Shown here: positions 9,997 to 20,001 of the stretch, piece after piece
Layout: every line of letters starts with the position of its first letter
Numbering within the stretch: the first letter of the stretch is position 1
Sequence record: DRR378314_1883
Reading direction: 5' to 3' (one strand)
DNA: 64,000 nt
Made by a program: the position numbers and the translations under genes
Notes under the pieces: model-generated
What the model saw: the letters and a program-made list of their open reading frames with translations, nothing else
Database searches by the model: none
Told to the model about the DNA's origin: nothing

Positions 9997-10740
9997 ATGA
10001 AAAAACTAGAGGGGCAGGTTGTAATCATTACCGGTGGGGCAAGAGGCATAGGTGAAGGAATCTGTAAAGTCTTTTGTAATGAGGGGGCCACCGTAGCCCT
10101 ATGGGATGTGCTGGAAGAAGGCCAAAAAACCGCGGACAGGATTGCTAAGAACGGTGGTAAAATATTCTACCAAAAGGTGGATGTTTCCAGCCAAGAATCT
10201 GTTGACAAGGCTGTTGCCAAGGTCATTTCCGAATATGGAAAGATAGATGTACTCATTAACAACGCCGGAATAATTCGTGACCGATCTATTTTAAAAATGA
10301 GTCGTGAGGAATGGGACCAAGTTATGCGCGTAAATGTTGATTCCCTATACATTACCGCCAAAGCCGTAGTACCCCATATGAAGACGGCCAATTATGGCAG
10401 GATTATCTCCGCCTCCTCCGTGAATGCCTTTCAAGGCGCCTTTGGACAGACCAACTATAGTGCCAGTAAGGCTGCTATAGTAGGCTTTACACATTCTCTG
10501 TGCAGGGAAGTTGGCAAATACAATATTACTGTTAATGCCATTGCCCCAGGATTTATTAAAACTGAAATGACGGATTCCATGCCTCAAGATGTCATACAGG
10601 CAGGAATCTCCATGATTCCGGTGGGCCGCATTGGCACCCCGGAAGATATGGGACATGCCTATCTCTTCCTGGCTTCCAAGGAAGCCGGATTTATAAGTGG
10701 GCATACCTTGCATGCCAATGGTGGTGCCATGCCAATGTAA
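9997..10740 (+). CDS. SDR oxidoreductase, FabG/PhaB-like 3-oxoacyl reductase
   Basis: TGGARGIG, NNAGI, GQTNYSASK (YxxxK), PGFIKTEM. Confidence 0.9.
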   Translation: MKKLEGQVVIITGGARGIGEGICKVFCNEGATVALWDVLEEGQKTADRIAKNGGKIFYQKVDVSSQESVDKAVAKVISEYGKIDVLINNAGIIRDRSILKMSREEWDQVMRVNVDSLYITAKAVVPHMKTANYGRIISASSVNAFQGAFGQTNYSASKAAIVGFTHSLCREVGKYNITVNAIAPGFIKTEMTDSMPQDVIQAGISMIPVGRIGTPEDMGHAYLFLASKEAGFISGHTLHANGGAMPM

Positions 10741-10804
10741 TACAAGCCCATTGCACAACCAAGAAAATACAAAATACCAATAGTACATTATTAATACCAG
10801 TGGG

Positions 10805-11593
10805 ATGCAAACAAGTGTAAAACAAAAATTCAATTTAAAGAACAAGGTAGCCATTGTCACCGGTGCCAGTAAGGGTATTGGGGAATCTATTGCCAGAGGT
10901 CTAGCCGAATATGGAGCCAAGGTGGTCATTAGTTCCCGTAACCAAGAAGCAGTTGACCAAGTGGCAAATAATTTTAAAAAGGAAGGGTACGATGCCTTGG
11001 GGATAGCTTGCCATGTTGGTGATGAAGACCAATTAAAAAAATTGGTTGAGGAAACAATGAACGCTTATGGAGGGGTGGACATCCTAGTGAACAATGCCGC
11101 CACCAATCCGTTTTATGGCCCCTTGGACACCATGGAGAACGCCCTATTCGACAAAATAATGGACATAAATGCCAAGGCTCCTTTCCATTTGGCCAATCTA
11201 TGTTATCCCATTATGAAAAAAAGCGGAGGAGGGAGTATCATTAATATTGCTTCGGTGGAAGGAATGAAACCAAGTGTTGGATTGGGATTGTACAGTGTTA
11301 GTAAGGCGGCCTTGATCATGTTGACCAAATCACAGGCAGTGGAATGGGGCAAATTTGGAATCCGTTCCAATGCCATCTGCCCAGGACTCATCAAGACCAA
11401 ATTTAGTTCGGCCCTATGGCAGAACGAAAAAATATTGGATCAAGTAACCCGTCATTTACCTGCAGGAAGAATGGCCGTTCCGGACGAAATGGCCGGCCTG
11501 GCCTGTTTTTTGGCTTCTGATGCTTCCAGCTATTGTACTGGATCGGTTTTTACGGCCGATGGCGGGCATATGATTGCCGGTGGTTTCAATTAG
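10805..11593 (+). CDS. SDR oxidoreductase (DHRS4-like)
   Basis: TGASKGIG, NNAATNP, YSVSK, PGLIKTKFS. Confidence 0.9.
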   Translation: MQTSVKQKFNLKNKVAIVTGASKGIGESIARGLAEYGAKVVISSRNQEAVDQVANNFKKEGYDALGIACHVGDEDQLKKLVEETMNAYGGVDILVNNAATNPFYGPLDTMENALFDKIMDINAKAPFHLANLCYPIMKKSGGGSIINIASVEGMKPSVGLGLYSVSKAALIMLTKSQAVEWGKFGIRSNAICPGLIKTKFSSALWQNEKILDQVTRHLPAGRMAVPDEMAGLACFLASDASSYCTGSVFTADGGHMIAGGFN

Positions 11594-11650
11594 TCATTGG
11601 ACAAAGCTTAGTACATCCCACACAATTTAAAAGGACATAAATCAAACCAA

Positions 11651-12985
11651 ATGGAAGAAGAAAAATCGATCAATAAGGCGTACTCCACGGAAATTCCACA
11701 ACTGTCGGATCTGACCCATTACCTAGGCAAGGAATTGGGGCTATCCAATTGGATAACTATAACCCAGGATATGATCGACACCTTTGCCAGAACAACGGAC
11801 GATAATCAATGGATTCACGTGGATCCTGAAAAATCCGCCAAATATTCCCCCTATAAAAAAACGGTGGCACATGGATTTTTGGTCCTTTCCCTAGCCTCAA
11901 AATTCTGCTTTGAAACCCTCAAGATAAAAGATATTGCTATGGGGGTAAATTATGGATTGGACAAAGTGCGGTTTATGAATGCCACCCCTGTGGGCACCTT
12001 ATTAAGGGCTCGTGTATCTTTAATGGAATTCAGCCCTTTTGAAGGCGGGGCCAAATACAAATTAAAGCTTGTATTTGAGCTTAAAGGGGAAGAAAAACCG
12101 GCTTGTGTAGCCGAGTTTATTGCCCAAGCCTATGCAAACCCAAGTAGTAAAAAAACAAGTTCGGCACCTAAAAAGGTCGCTCCAGAAAAAATTGAAAGCC
12201 TCAGTAATGAGAGTGTTCTTTTTGAAAAGGAAGGCGATATTGGAATTATCACCCTTAACAGGCCGTCAAGATACAATGCGGTTACCGACGATGTCGTGAA
12301 CGGAATTACTGCCGCTATCAACATAATCCGCAAGGACGATGACATTCGCGCAGTGGTTATTACAGGAGCCGGAAAAGGTTTTTGTGCCGGTGCTGATATG
12401 GCGGTCTTCGGCCAAGTTACACCCGAAGAAGGCAGGGCATATATTACCAGTACCTACCAACCATTGATGCGCACTCTTTTTACCCTTCGTAAACCCATTA
12501 TCGGGGCCATTAACGGAACTGCGGCCGGAGTAGGAGCTTCCCTGGCCCTTGCCTGCGATTTTAGGGTAATGTCCAAAAGCAGTGCTTTACTGTACGCCTT
12601 TATTAATATAGGCTTAGGCCCCGACGGTGGCGGCAGTTGGCTTTTGGCAAGACAGGTGGGTTATAGCAAAGCCTTGCAAATAGCCGTGGAGGGAAAAAAA
12701 ATAATGGCCTCGGAATGCCTGGATCTTGGCCTCACCAATAAATTGGTACAGGACGATACCGATTTGCTTAAAACCGCCAAAAATTGGGCCCATGAATTGG
12801 CCAAACTGCCCACCCTTGCCGTTGGTGTTACCAAAGAAGATATGTTCTATGCCATGGGACATGATCTATATGATACCATTGCTTATGAAGCGGAAAAACA
12901 AGTTGCCACTTTTGGGAGTCGCGATTTTGCAGAAGGCGTCAATGCCTTTTTAGAAAAGCGCCCCGCTAAGTTTATAGGCAAATAA
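11651..12985 (+). CDS. Fusion of MaoC-like hotdog dehydratase and enoyl-CoA hydratase/isomerase (crotonase)
   Basis: N-terminal FARTTDDNQWIHVD...VAHGFL, NYGLDKVRF; low-complexity linker; C-terminal TLNRP, FCAGAD, AINGTAAGVG, EGVNAFLEKR. Confidence 0.9.
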   Translation: MEEEKSINKAYSTEIPQLSDLTHYLGKELGLSNWITITQDMIDTFARTTDDNQWIHVDPEKSAKYSPYKKTVAHGFLVLSLASKFCFETLKIKDIAMGVNYGLDKVRFMNATPVGTLLRARVSLMEFSPFEGGAKYKLKLVFELKGEEKPACVAEFIAQAYANPSSKKTSSAPKKVAPEKIESLSNESVLFEKEGDIGIITLNRPSRYNAVTDDVVNGITAAINIIRKDDDIRAVVITGAGKGFCAGADMAVFGQVTPEEGRAYITSTYQPLMRTLFTLRKPIIGAINGTAAGVGASLALACDFRVMSKSSALLYAFINIGLGPDGGGSWLLARQVGYSKALQIAVEGKKIMASECLDLGLTNKLVQDDTDLLKTAKNWAHELAKLPTLAVGVTKEDMFYAMGHDLYDTIAYEAEKQVATFGSRDFAEGVNAFLEKRPAKFIGK

Positions 12986-13072
12986 TACTTTGTTAATGGT
13001 ACTGCTACCTTAATTAAAACATTTCCCCAGCCGGTAATAAATGAAGACCAAACCTTCCAAAAAGCAAATCAA

Positions 13073-14251
13073 ATGAATTTCGACGATATAAAAAAAAGGA
13101 TAAAGGCTTTTGTTAAGGAGGAACTTTTTCCTTTGGAACCCTGGATTTTAAATTGTAGCTGGGATGAAAAACTTCCAAAACTCAATGAACTCCGCCAAAA
13201 AGTAAAGGATATTGGACTTTGGCTACCTCAGATTCCAAAGGAATACGGGGGTTTAGGGCTATCCAATACCCAGCACGGGGAAATAAGCGAAATTTTGGGT
13301 GCCAGTCCCTACGGACATTACTGTTTTAATTGTCAGGCCCCTGACGCCGGCAACATGGAAATATTGATCGAATTCGGGACCAAAGAACAAAAAGAGGCAT
13401 ACCTCTACCCTCTTCTAGCGGGCGATATTAGAAGTTGTTTTGCCATGACCGAACCGGATTTTGCTGGCTCCAATCCCGTAAATATGGGCACAATGGCCTT
13501 TAAAAAAGATGGCAACTATATAATAAACGGCCATAAATGGTTTACGACAGGTTTTGATGGGGCCACCTTTGCCATTGTAATGTTGATAACCAATCCAGAG
13601 GCAACAGAAGCGCATAAAAAGGCTAGTCAGGCTATTATCCCCACCAATACCCCTGGTATTGAATTCATTAGAAACATTCCCGTTATGGGTCATACCGGTA
13701 ATGGCTGGGAGAGTCATTCCGAAATTAAATTCCATAATGTAAAAGTCTCATTGACCAATGTCCTTGGAGGAGATGGAGAAGGATTTACCATTGCCCAAAA
13801 AAGGTTGGGCCCGGGACGTATTCACCATTGCATGCGATGGATGGGTATTTGCGAACGATCTTTTGATCTCATGTGTCAGCGGGCCATATCCCGGGAATTG
13901 GCACATAGTAAGACATTGGCCGATAAACAGACCGTTCAAAACTGGATAGCCGAATCCAGGGCCGAAATTAATGCTGCAAGATTATTAATCCAGGATGCCG
14001 CAAAAAAAATTGATTCTCAGGGTGCCTATAAGACCCGAAAGGAAATTTCCATCATTAAATTTTACTGTGCCAACGTCCTACAAAAGGTGGTAGACCGTGC
14101 CATTCAGGTCCATGGTGCCTTGGGCCTAACAGACGACACCATCCTGGCCTTCTACTATAGACAGGAGCGGGCTGCCCGAATTTATGATGGGGCGGACGAG
14201 GTGCATATGAGCAGCTTGGCCAGACATATTTTAAAAGAATACAGAATTTAA
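13073..14251 (+). CDS. Acyl-CoA dehydrogenase (ACAD10/11, LvaC-like)
   Basis: FNCQAPDAGNME, FAMTEP, RLGPGRIHHCMR, RIYDGADEVH. Confidence 0.92.
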   Translation: MNFDDIKKRIKAFVKEELFPLEPWILNCSWDEKLPKLNELRQKVKDIGLWLPQIPKEYGGLGLSNTQHGEISEILGASPYGHYCFNCQAPDAGNMEILIEFGTKEQKEAYLYPLLAGDIRSCFAMTEPDFAGSNPVNMGTMAFKKDGNYIINGHKWFTTGFDGATFAIVMLITNPEATEAHKKASQAIIPTNTPGIEFIRNIPVMGHTGNGWESHSEIKFHNVKVSLTNVLGGDGEGFTIAQKRLGPGRIHHCMRWMGICERSFDLMCQRAISRELAHSKTLADKQTVQNWIAESRAEINAARLLIQDAAKKIDSQGAYKTRKEISIIKFYCANVLQKVVDRAIQVHGALGLTDDTILAFYYRQERAARIYDGADEVHMSSLARHILKEYRI

Positions 14252-14256
14252 GCGCT

Positions 14257-15345
14257 ATGTTGAACATATGGAACGATAAATCAACCAAGGTTCGCATAGG
14301 CGAGGAATTGGGAGTGGGTAATTTGAAATCCTATTTGAACCATTTCTTTGAAATTGATGGGGATATAAATATATCCCAATTCCCAAGTGGTTATTCCAAC
14401 CTAACATATCTGCTGCAAATTGGGAAAAGTGAATATGTATTGCGAAGGCCGCCCATTGGGGCCAATATAAAATCCGGACACGACATGAAGCGTGAATTCG
14501 ATATATTATCGGCCTTAAAACCTTCCTATACCAAAGTGCCTAAGCCAATACTTTATTGTGAGGACAATACTGTTTTAGGTTGCCCCTTCTACCTTATGGA
14601 ACGGGTGGAAGGAGTAATTCTAAGGGCAAAAATGCCTGAAGGGATGATTCCGTCCACGGCAGAGATGCAAGGCATATCCAACAGTTTTGTAGATACATTT
14701 GTTGATCTTCATCAGCTCAATGTTAAGGATATTGGCCTAGATGATTTTGGTAAACCTGAAGGATATATGCAACGACAAATTGAAGGCTGGACCAAACGAT
14801 ATTACAAATCCAAAACCGATGAAATACCCAAAATTGAAGCTGCGGCCAAATGGTTGGGCCAAAATACGCCCAAAGAACCCAAAAACTATTCCCTGATCCA
14901 TAACGATTTTAAATACGACAATTTGATACTGGACCCCCAGGATTGGACCAAAGTAAATGCGGTTCTGGATTGGGAAATGGCCACGATAGGAAATCCGTTG
15001 ATGGATCTGGGAACCACTCTGGGATATTGGGTAAATCCCAATGACCCCGACTTTATGAAGGCATTGAACCTTACACCTACAAATCTGCGAGGGAACCTAT
15101 CTCGGGAAGAAGTGGTGCATCAATATTCCCTTAAAAGTGGACAGGAAGTAACTAATATTATCTTTTACTACGTTTATGGATTATTCAAAATAGCGGTGAT
15201 CATACAACAAATATTCTACCGCTACAAAAAGGGATTTACACAAGATCCACGTTTTGCAAAACTAATTGACGGCGTAACCCTTCTCGGAGAAATTTCACAG
15301 ATGGCCATAGCCAAAAAAAGATTGGACGGTTTGTTTGAAAATTAA
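14257..15345 (+). CDS. APH-family phosphotransferase (ACAD10/11 kinase, LvaA-like)
   Basis: GYSNLTY, VLRRPP, HDMKRE, HNDFKYDN, LDWEMATIG. Confidence 0.92.
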   Translation: MLNIWNDKSTKVRIGEELGVGNLKSYLNHFFEIDGDINISQFPSGYSNLTYLLQIGKSEYVLRRPPIGANIKSGHDMKREFDILSALKPSYTKVPKPILYCEDNTVLGCPFYLMERVEGVILRAKMPEGMIPSTAEMQGISNSFVDTFVDLHQLNVKDIGLDDFGKPEGYMQRQIEGWTKRYYKSKTDEIPKIEAAAKWLGQNTPKEPKNYSLIHNDFKYDNLILDPQDWTKVNAVLDWEMATIGNPLMDLGTTLGYWVNPNDPDFMKALNLTPTNLRGNLSREEVVHQYSLKSGQEVTNIIFYYVYGLFKIAVIIQQIFYRYKKGFTQDPRFAKLIDGVTLLGEISQMAIAKKRLDGLFEN

Positions 15346-15384
15346 ATGGTCTACCATCAAAATACAAATGGCGTACCATAAGGA

Positions 15385-15454
15385 CCACTGGTCTACACAA
15401 AATGTCCATTCACCTAAAGTAGGGAATTATTACAATCTATTATTCGGTAATTTG
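15385..15454 (+). promoter_or_regulatory. Putative LytTR-type operator plus promoter of the signalling operon
   Basis: CCACTGGTCTAC (15385) and CCATTCACCTAA (15406), 21 bp apart; TTTG ends at 15454. Confidence 0.65.
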
Positions 15455-15478
15455 TAATTAACGGTAATACGACTTAAA

Positions 15479-15880
15479 ATGAATATTCTATTTATTGAAG
15501 ATGATGCTATAGAAACCATGAAACTTCAAAGAACTACGGTTAAGCTTGGTTTAAAACATAATATTATAGAAGCCAAAAATGGTGAGGAAGCCCTCACCGT
15601 TTTAAATTCCAATTCCCCATTGCCAGATCTTATTTTATTGGATCTCAATATGCCTAGAATGAACGGGATCGAATTCTTAAAAATACTTAAGGCGGACGTA
15701 AACTTTAGATACCTCCCAACTATTGTTTTAACAACATCGCAAAATAGGGCCGATTTATTGGAATGCTATAGGATTGGAATAGCCGGATACATTCTAAAAC
15801 CCTTAAAATATGAGGATTACGAGGATAAATTAAAAAAAGTATTGGAATATTGGGATATTAATGAACTTGTTAAGGCATAA
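15479..15880 (+). CDS. Single-domain response regulator
   Basis: IEDD, LLDLNMP, LTTS, KP motifs. Confidence 0.92.
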   Translation: MNILFIEDDAIETMKLQRTTVKLGLKHNIIEAKNGEEALTVLNSNSPLPDLILLDLNMPRMNGIEFLKILKADVNFRYLPTIVLTTSQNRADLLECYRIGIAGYILKPLKYEDYEDKLKKVLEYWDINELVKA

Positions 15881-15954
15881 CAGATTTCACGGGATTCACA
15901 ACAATTTATTTTCCATAAGTAATCGTTTTCCTACATTTGATCAAAACCTAAAAA

Positions 15955-16497
15955 ATGAAAGGAATTGTATTTACAGAATTTTTGGAAATGGTGGAATCCG
16001 AATTCGGTTTAGCAGTGGTAGACGCCATCATAGACGAATGCGATTTACCCTCCGAAGGCATCTATACTTCGGTTGGCACCTATGATTTTAATGAAATGGT
16101 TGCTTTAATTAAAAGTTTGAGCAATAATGTAGGCGTAGATTCCAATACTTTGATCTTTTCTTTTGGTCGTTATCTATTTACCAGTCTGGGCAAGGCACAT
16201 CCAGAAGTAATTCAAAGCTATAACAATCCACTAGGCCTTCTATATTCCATTGAAGACCATATACATGTCCATGTTCAAAAATTGTATCCAGAAGCTGAGT
16301 TACCCACATTTAAAATATTGGAAAAAACAGACACCTCCATTTCTATGATCTATTCCTCCTCCAGGGGTTTATATCGTTTGGCCCATGGTCTTATAGAAAA
16401 ATGTTTTGAACACTATAATGGATCTGCCCAAGTTTCCTATGAACTATTAAAGGCAGACGGTACCGAAGTGAAATTTGATATTATTCAAAATGGATAG
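15955..16497 (+). CDS. H-NOX haem NO-binding domain protein
   Basis: MKGIVF start, YTSVGTY, proximal His region IHVHVQKLYP, LPTF, YxSxR (YSSSR). Confidence 0.92.
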   Translation: MKGIVFTEFLEMVESEFGLAVVDAIIDECDLPSEGIYTSVGTYDFNEMVALIKSLSNNVGVDSNTLIFSFGRYLFTSLGKAHPEVIQSYNNPLGLLYSIEDHIHVHVQKLYPEAELPTFKILEKTDTSISMIYSSSRGLYRLAHGLIEKCFEHYNGSAQVSYELLKADGTEVKFDIIQNG

Positions 16498-18871
16498 TAA
16501 ACAAGAAATAATACTTCTCAAAAAGGCTTTGGAGCGACAGAAAAAAGCACGCATACAGGCCGAAAAAATCTTGGAAATCAAATCCAAGGAACTCTACGAT
16601 ACCTCCTTCCATTTAAAACAGGCAAATCATAAACTAGAAAGTTTATTAAATAAAAAAACTGCGGCCCTAAATGGCTCCTTTCTGGACATAATTGATCCCT
16701 ATGTAATCATGGACCTTAAGGCCAATGTCATAAATATGAACCTTTCTGCCAAAGAGTTTCTGGGTTATGACCATACAGTAGAACCTGTTAACTTAACACA
16801 ACTTGTACATAAAGATTACTTGGACTATACCAAGGAATCTTTCCAGATATTGATAAAAGCAGGGACAATCAAAAATTATAGGGCAAAAATCATACTTAAA
16901 AATAAGGAGGAAAGATATGTTCAGATAAACAGTAGCCTTATTTACGACCAGGACAGAAAACCCATTGCGGCCCAGGGAATTATAAGAGATATTAGCCAAG
17001 AAACAGAAATAAAACATTTGTTGGCAGAGCAAAAAAAACAACTTAATATCATAGTTGAAAATTCACCTCTTGGCATTGCATTAACCGTTAAAGGAAAAAT
17101 CATAAAGGCAAACCCTAGTTTTTGCAACCTCCTTGGGTACTCGACCAATGAGCTCAAAAATCAAACCATTAAGGATATTTCCGAACCTGTTGATTCCTTG
17201 GATTCGACGGACAAACTGGTTAAAATGAATGATGGAGAAATTGATAATTTTTCATGTATTAGAAAATACTTACGAAAAGATGGTAGCCATTTGTATGCCA
17301 AAACCCATATAAGCGCCGTAAGAAATAACCAAAATGAAGTAGAATTTCAAGTAACTACCATAGAAGACATTACCAAGGAAATGAAAGCGGAGGAAAAGTT
17401 AAAGGCCTCCGAAAACCGACTTTCTACACTTATACTAAACCTACAGACCGGGGTGCTCCTGGAAAATGAAGATCATAAAATCTCACTTACCAATCAACTT
17501 TTTTGTGACCTTTTTCAAATACCCGCCTCACCAGAGCAACTGATAGGGGCCGATTGTGTTGATGCGGCCGAGCAAAATAAGTCACTTTTTAAAAACCCAG
17601 ACTCCTTCGTGGCAAGAATTGAAAAAATTCTTAGCGATCAAGTTATGGTGGTCTCAGACGAACTGGAAATGGTAGATGGCAGAATCCTGGAGCGCGATTA
17701 TATCCCTATCTTTAATAATGGGGAATACAAAGGACACCTTTGGACATACCAAGACGTGACACTTAGTAGAAATTACAATAGAACTTTGGAAGCACAAAGG
17801 GAGAAATACAGTAGTATTATTGCTAACATGAATCTAGGACTTATTGAAGTAGACAATGACGATATTATTCAAATGGTAAACCAAAGTTTCTGCCAAATGA
17901 GCGCCTACTCCGAACAGGAATTATTAGGAAAAAAAGCAAAAGAGGTCATCAATATTACGGACAACACTATAATAAACGAAAAAAACCAAAAAAGGCTAGA
18001 AGGAAAGTCAGATTCCTATGAAATAGAAGTAAGGGATAAAAATGGGTCGTTAAAGCATTGGATGATCAGTGGGGCTCCAAGATATAATGAGTCTGGTGCC
18101 ATTATAGGGTCTATAGGCATACACTTGGATATTACAGAACAAAAACTGTTGCAATTGGAAAAATTAGAATTGGTCAAGGAATTGGAAAACAGTAATAAAG
18201 GATTACAAGAGTACGCCCATATAGTCTCACATGATTTAAAATCACCATTGCGAAGTATCATGGCCTTGTCTACATGGATGCTAGAAGACTACAGGGAGGT
18301 CTTGGATGAAGCAGGACAAAAAAATCTGCAATTGATGCAGGACAAAATAGAATTGATGGACAATTTGATCAGCGGCATTTTGGAATATTCAACTGCCAAT
18401 AGTTCCAATTTGGTCAATAGCGATATTGACCTAAACTGCGTGGTGTCAGATATAACCGATAGTATTTACATTCCAGAGCATGTCACCGTTACTGTACCTG
18501 TAAAATTACCAACCGTCTTGGCAGACAAAACAAAGATTCACCAATTGTTCCAGAATATTATTGGCAATGCCGTGGTACATATAGAAAAAGAAAAGGGACT
18601 GGTGGAAGTATTATGTTCGGAAACTGAAAACTACTGGCAGTTTACAATAAAGGATAATGGAGTAGGTATTCCCGAAAAATATCACACAAAAATATTTGAG
18701 ATTTTCCAATCTGTCGGTACCAATGAAAGATCTTCCGGAATCGGATTGTCTATCGTAAAGAAAATTGTAGATCGCTACAATGGACGTGTTTGGATAGATA
18801 GCCAAGTAGAGATTGGCACTAATTTTCATTTTACCCTTCAAAAAATTAAAAACAAACAACCCGTAACATGA
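16490..18871 (+). CDS. Cytoplasmic multi-PAS histidine kinase (H-NOX-associated)
   Basis: ATG 16490 overlaps the H-NOX end; N-terminal coiled coil ERQKKARIQAEKILEIKSKELY; about four PAS repeats; VSHDLKSP, DNGVGI, GIGLSIV. Confidence 0.92.
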   Translation: MDSKQEIILLKKALERQKKARIQAEKILEIKSKELYDTSFHLKQANHKLESLLNKKTAALNGSFLDIIDPYVIMDLKANVINMNLSAKEFLGYDHTVEPVNLTQLVHKDYLDYTKESFQILIKAGTIKNYRAKIILKNKEERYVQINSSLIYDQDRKPIAAQGIIRDISQETEIKHLLAEQKKQLNIIVENSPLGIALTVKGKIIKANPSFCNLLGYSTNELKNQTIKDISEPVDSLDSTDKLVKMNDGEIDNFSCIRKYLRKDGSHLYAKTHISAVRNNQNEVEFQVTTIEDITKEMKAEEKLKASENRLSTLILNLQTGVLLENEDHKISLTNQLFCDLFQIPASPEQLIGADCVDAAEQNKSLFKNPDSFVARIEKILSDQVMVVSDELEMVDGRILERDYIPIFNNGEYKGHLWTYQDVTLSRNYNRTLEAQREKYSSIIANMNLGLIEVDNDDIIQMVNQSFCQMSAYSEQELLGKKAKEVINITDNTIINEKNQKRLEGKSDSYEIEVRDKNGSLKHWMISGAPRYNESGAIIGSIGIHLDITEQKLLQLEKLELVKELENSNKGLQEYAHIVSHDLKSPLRSIMALSTWMLEDYREVLDEAGQKNLQLMQDKIELMDNLISGILEYSTANSSNLVNSDIDLNCVVSDITDSIYIPEHVTVTVPVKLPTVLADKTKIHQLFQNIIGNAVVHIEKEKGLVEVLCSETENYWQFTIKDNGVGIPEKYHTKIFEIFQSVGTNERSSGIGLSIVKKIVDRYNGRVWIDSQVEIGTNFHFTLQKIKNKQPVT

Positions 18872-20001
18872 AAATATTACAGGCCATTAAAATGAAAGGT
18901 TCAACCTTCAATTTTATCCAAGACCTACAAGTTCTAAAAAATCCACTTGTACTTGTTTTTGGAAATAGGTACATGTTACAGGCTAAGGATCTATATAGGG
19001 AAGTAAGAACTCTTTTCCCAAACGGACATATTGTTTTTGGCACTACTTCTGGTGAAATTATGGATGCCAATGTCTATGATGAGACTGTAGTTCTGACAGC
19101 CATAGAATTTGAAAAAAGCACTTTTCTTGTTAAGGCCAAAAATGTGGTTGATTTTGGCAACGATGACAAAAGCTTGGGACAGCAACTTATGTCCGAGTTT
19201 TCACAAGAGGGTTTACAGCATTTATTTATTGTTTCAGAAGGCAGTTCCGTAAATGGTAGCGCGCTGATTCATGGTGTGGAAATAAACAAGTTATGTAAGG
19301 TGGGCCTGTCAGGAGGATTATGTGGTGATGATGACCGATTTGAACTTACCTTATCATCATATAACGAACCCCCTAAAGAGGGTCAGGTGGTCGCAATCGG
19401 TTTCTATGGGGACACCTTGGAAATCACTAGTGCCAACTTTGGAGGTTGGACTGCATTTGGACCAGAGCGAATTATAACAAAGTCCAAGGACAATATCCTG
19501 TATGAATTAGATGGTAAGCCCGCATTGGACCTATATAAAAAATACTTGGGCAATAAAGCATCCGAACTTCCTAAATCGGCCTTGCTCTATCCGTTAAGTG
19601 TTAGAACACAAGGAGATTCCGAACCCATTGTTAGGACCATACTCAATATTGATGAATTGGAAAATGCCATGATTCTGGCCGGGGACGTACCTGAGAGATC
19701 TAAAGTTCAATTAATGATGTCTACTGTAGATGATATTGCCAACGGCGCTAATTTGGCAGCTAAAATAGCCATGCGAAATAGAAAAAATAAACCCGAATTG
19801 GCATTGCTCGTTAGCTGTATTGGAAGAAAATTAGTGATGGATCAGCGAACCGAAGAGGAGGTTGAAGAGGTTATTTCCGTAATAGGCCCAAGCGCCAAAA
19901 TTACAGGATTCTACTCCTATGGTGAAATGGCTCCCTTTGAAGGTCAAGAAACCTGTAAATTACACAATCAGACCATGACATTAACCTTATTCAGCGAATA
20001 A
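18868..20001 (+). CDS. FIST N/C domain protein (NosP-like haem sensor)
   Basis: GTTSGEI, GGLCGD, GGW, ELDGKPA, SCIGRK, GFYSYGE, HNQT. Confidence 0.9.
   Translation: MKILQAIKMKGSTFNFIQDLQVLKNPLVLVFGNRYMLQAKDLYREVRTLFPNGHIVFGTTSGEIMDANVYDETVVLTAIEFEKSTFLVKAKNVVDFGNDDKSLGQQLMSEFSQEGLQHLFIVSEGSSVNGSALIHGVEINKLCKVGLSGGLCGDDDRFELTLSSYNEPPKEGQVVAIGFYGDTLEITSANFGGWTAFGPERIITKSKDNILYELDGKPALDLYKKYLGNKASELPKSALLYPLSVRTQGDSEPIVRTILNIDELENAMILAGDVPERSKVQLMMSTVDDIANGANLAAKIAMRNRKNKPELALLVSCIGRKLVMDQRTEEEVEEVISVIGPSAKITGFYSYGEMAPFEGQETCKLHNQTMTLTLFSE

Noticed and set aside
10345-10929. 194-aa minus-strand ORF, and the many other antisense ORFs in the track
   Set aside because: Shadows of well-supported genes on the opposite strand; SDR genes often have open antisense frames
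15344-15417. Short periodic repeats as a CRISPR-like array
   Set aside because: Units are about 12 bp, degenerate, with a 20-22 bp period and no cas genes; fits a regulator binding site
15872-15939. Fifth copy of the 21-bp repeat promoter before H-NOX
   Set aside because: A consensus TACATTTG is present but only one weak half-site (GATTCACAAC) and no partner 21 bp upstream
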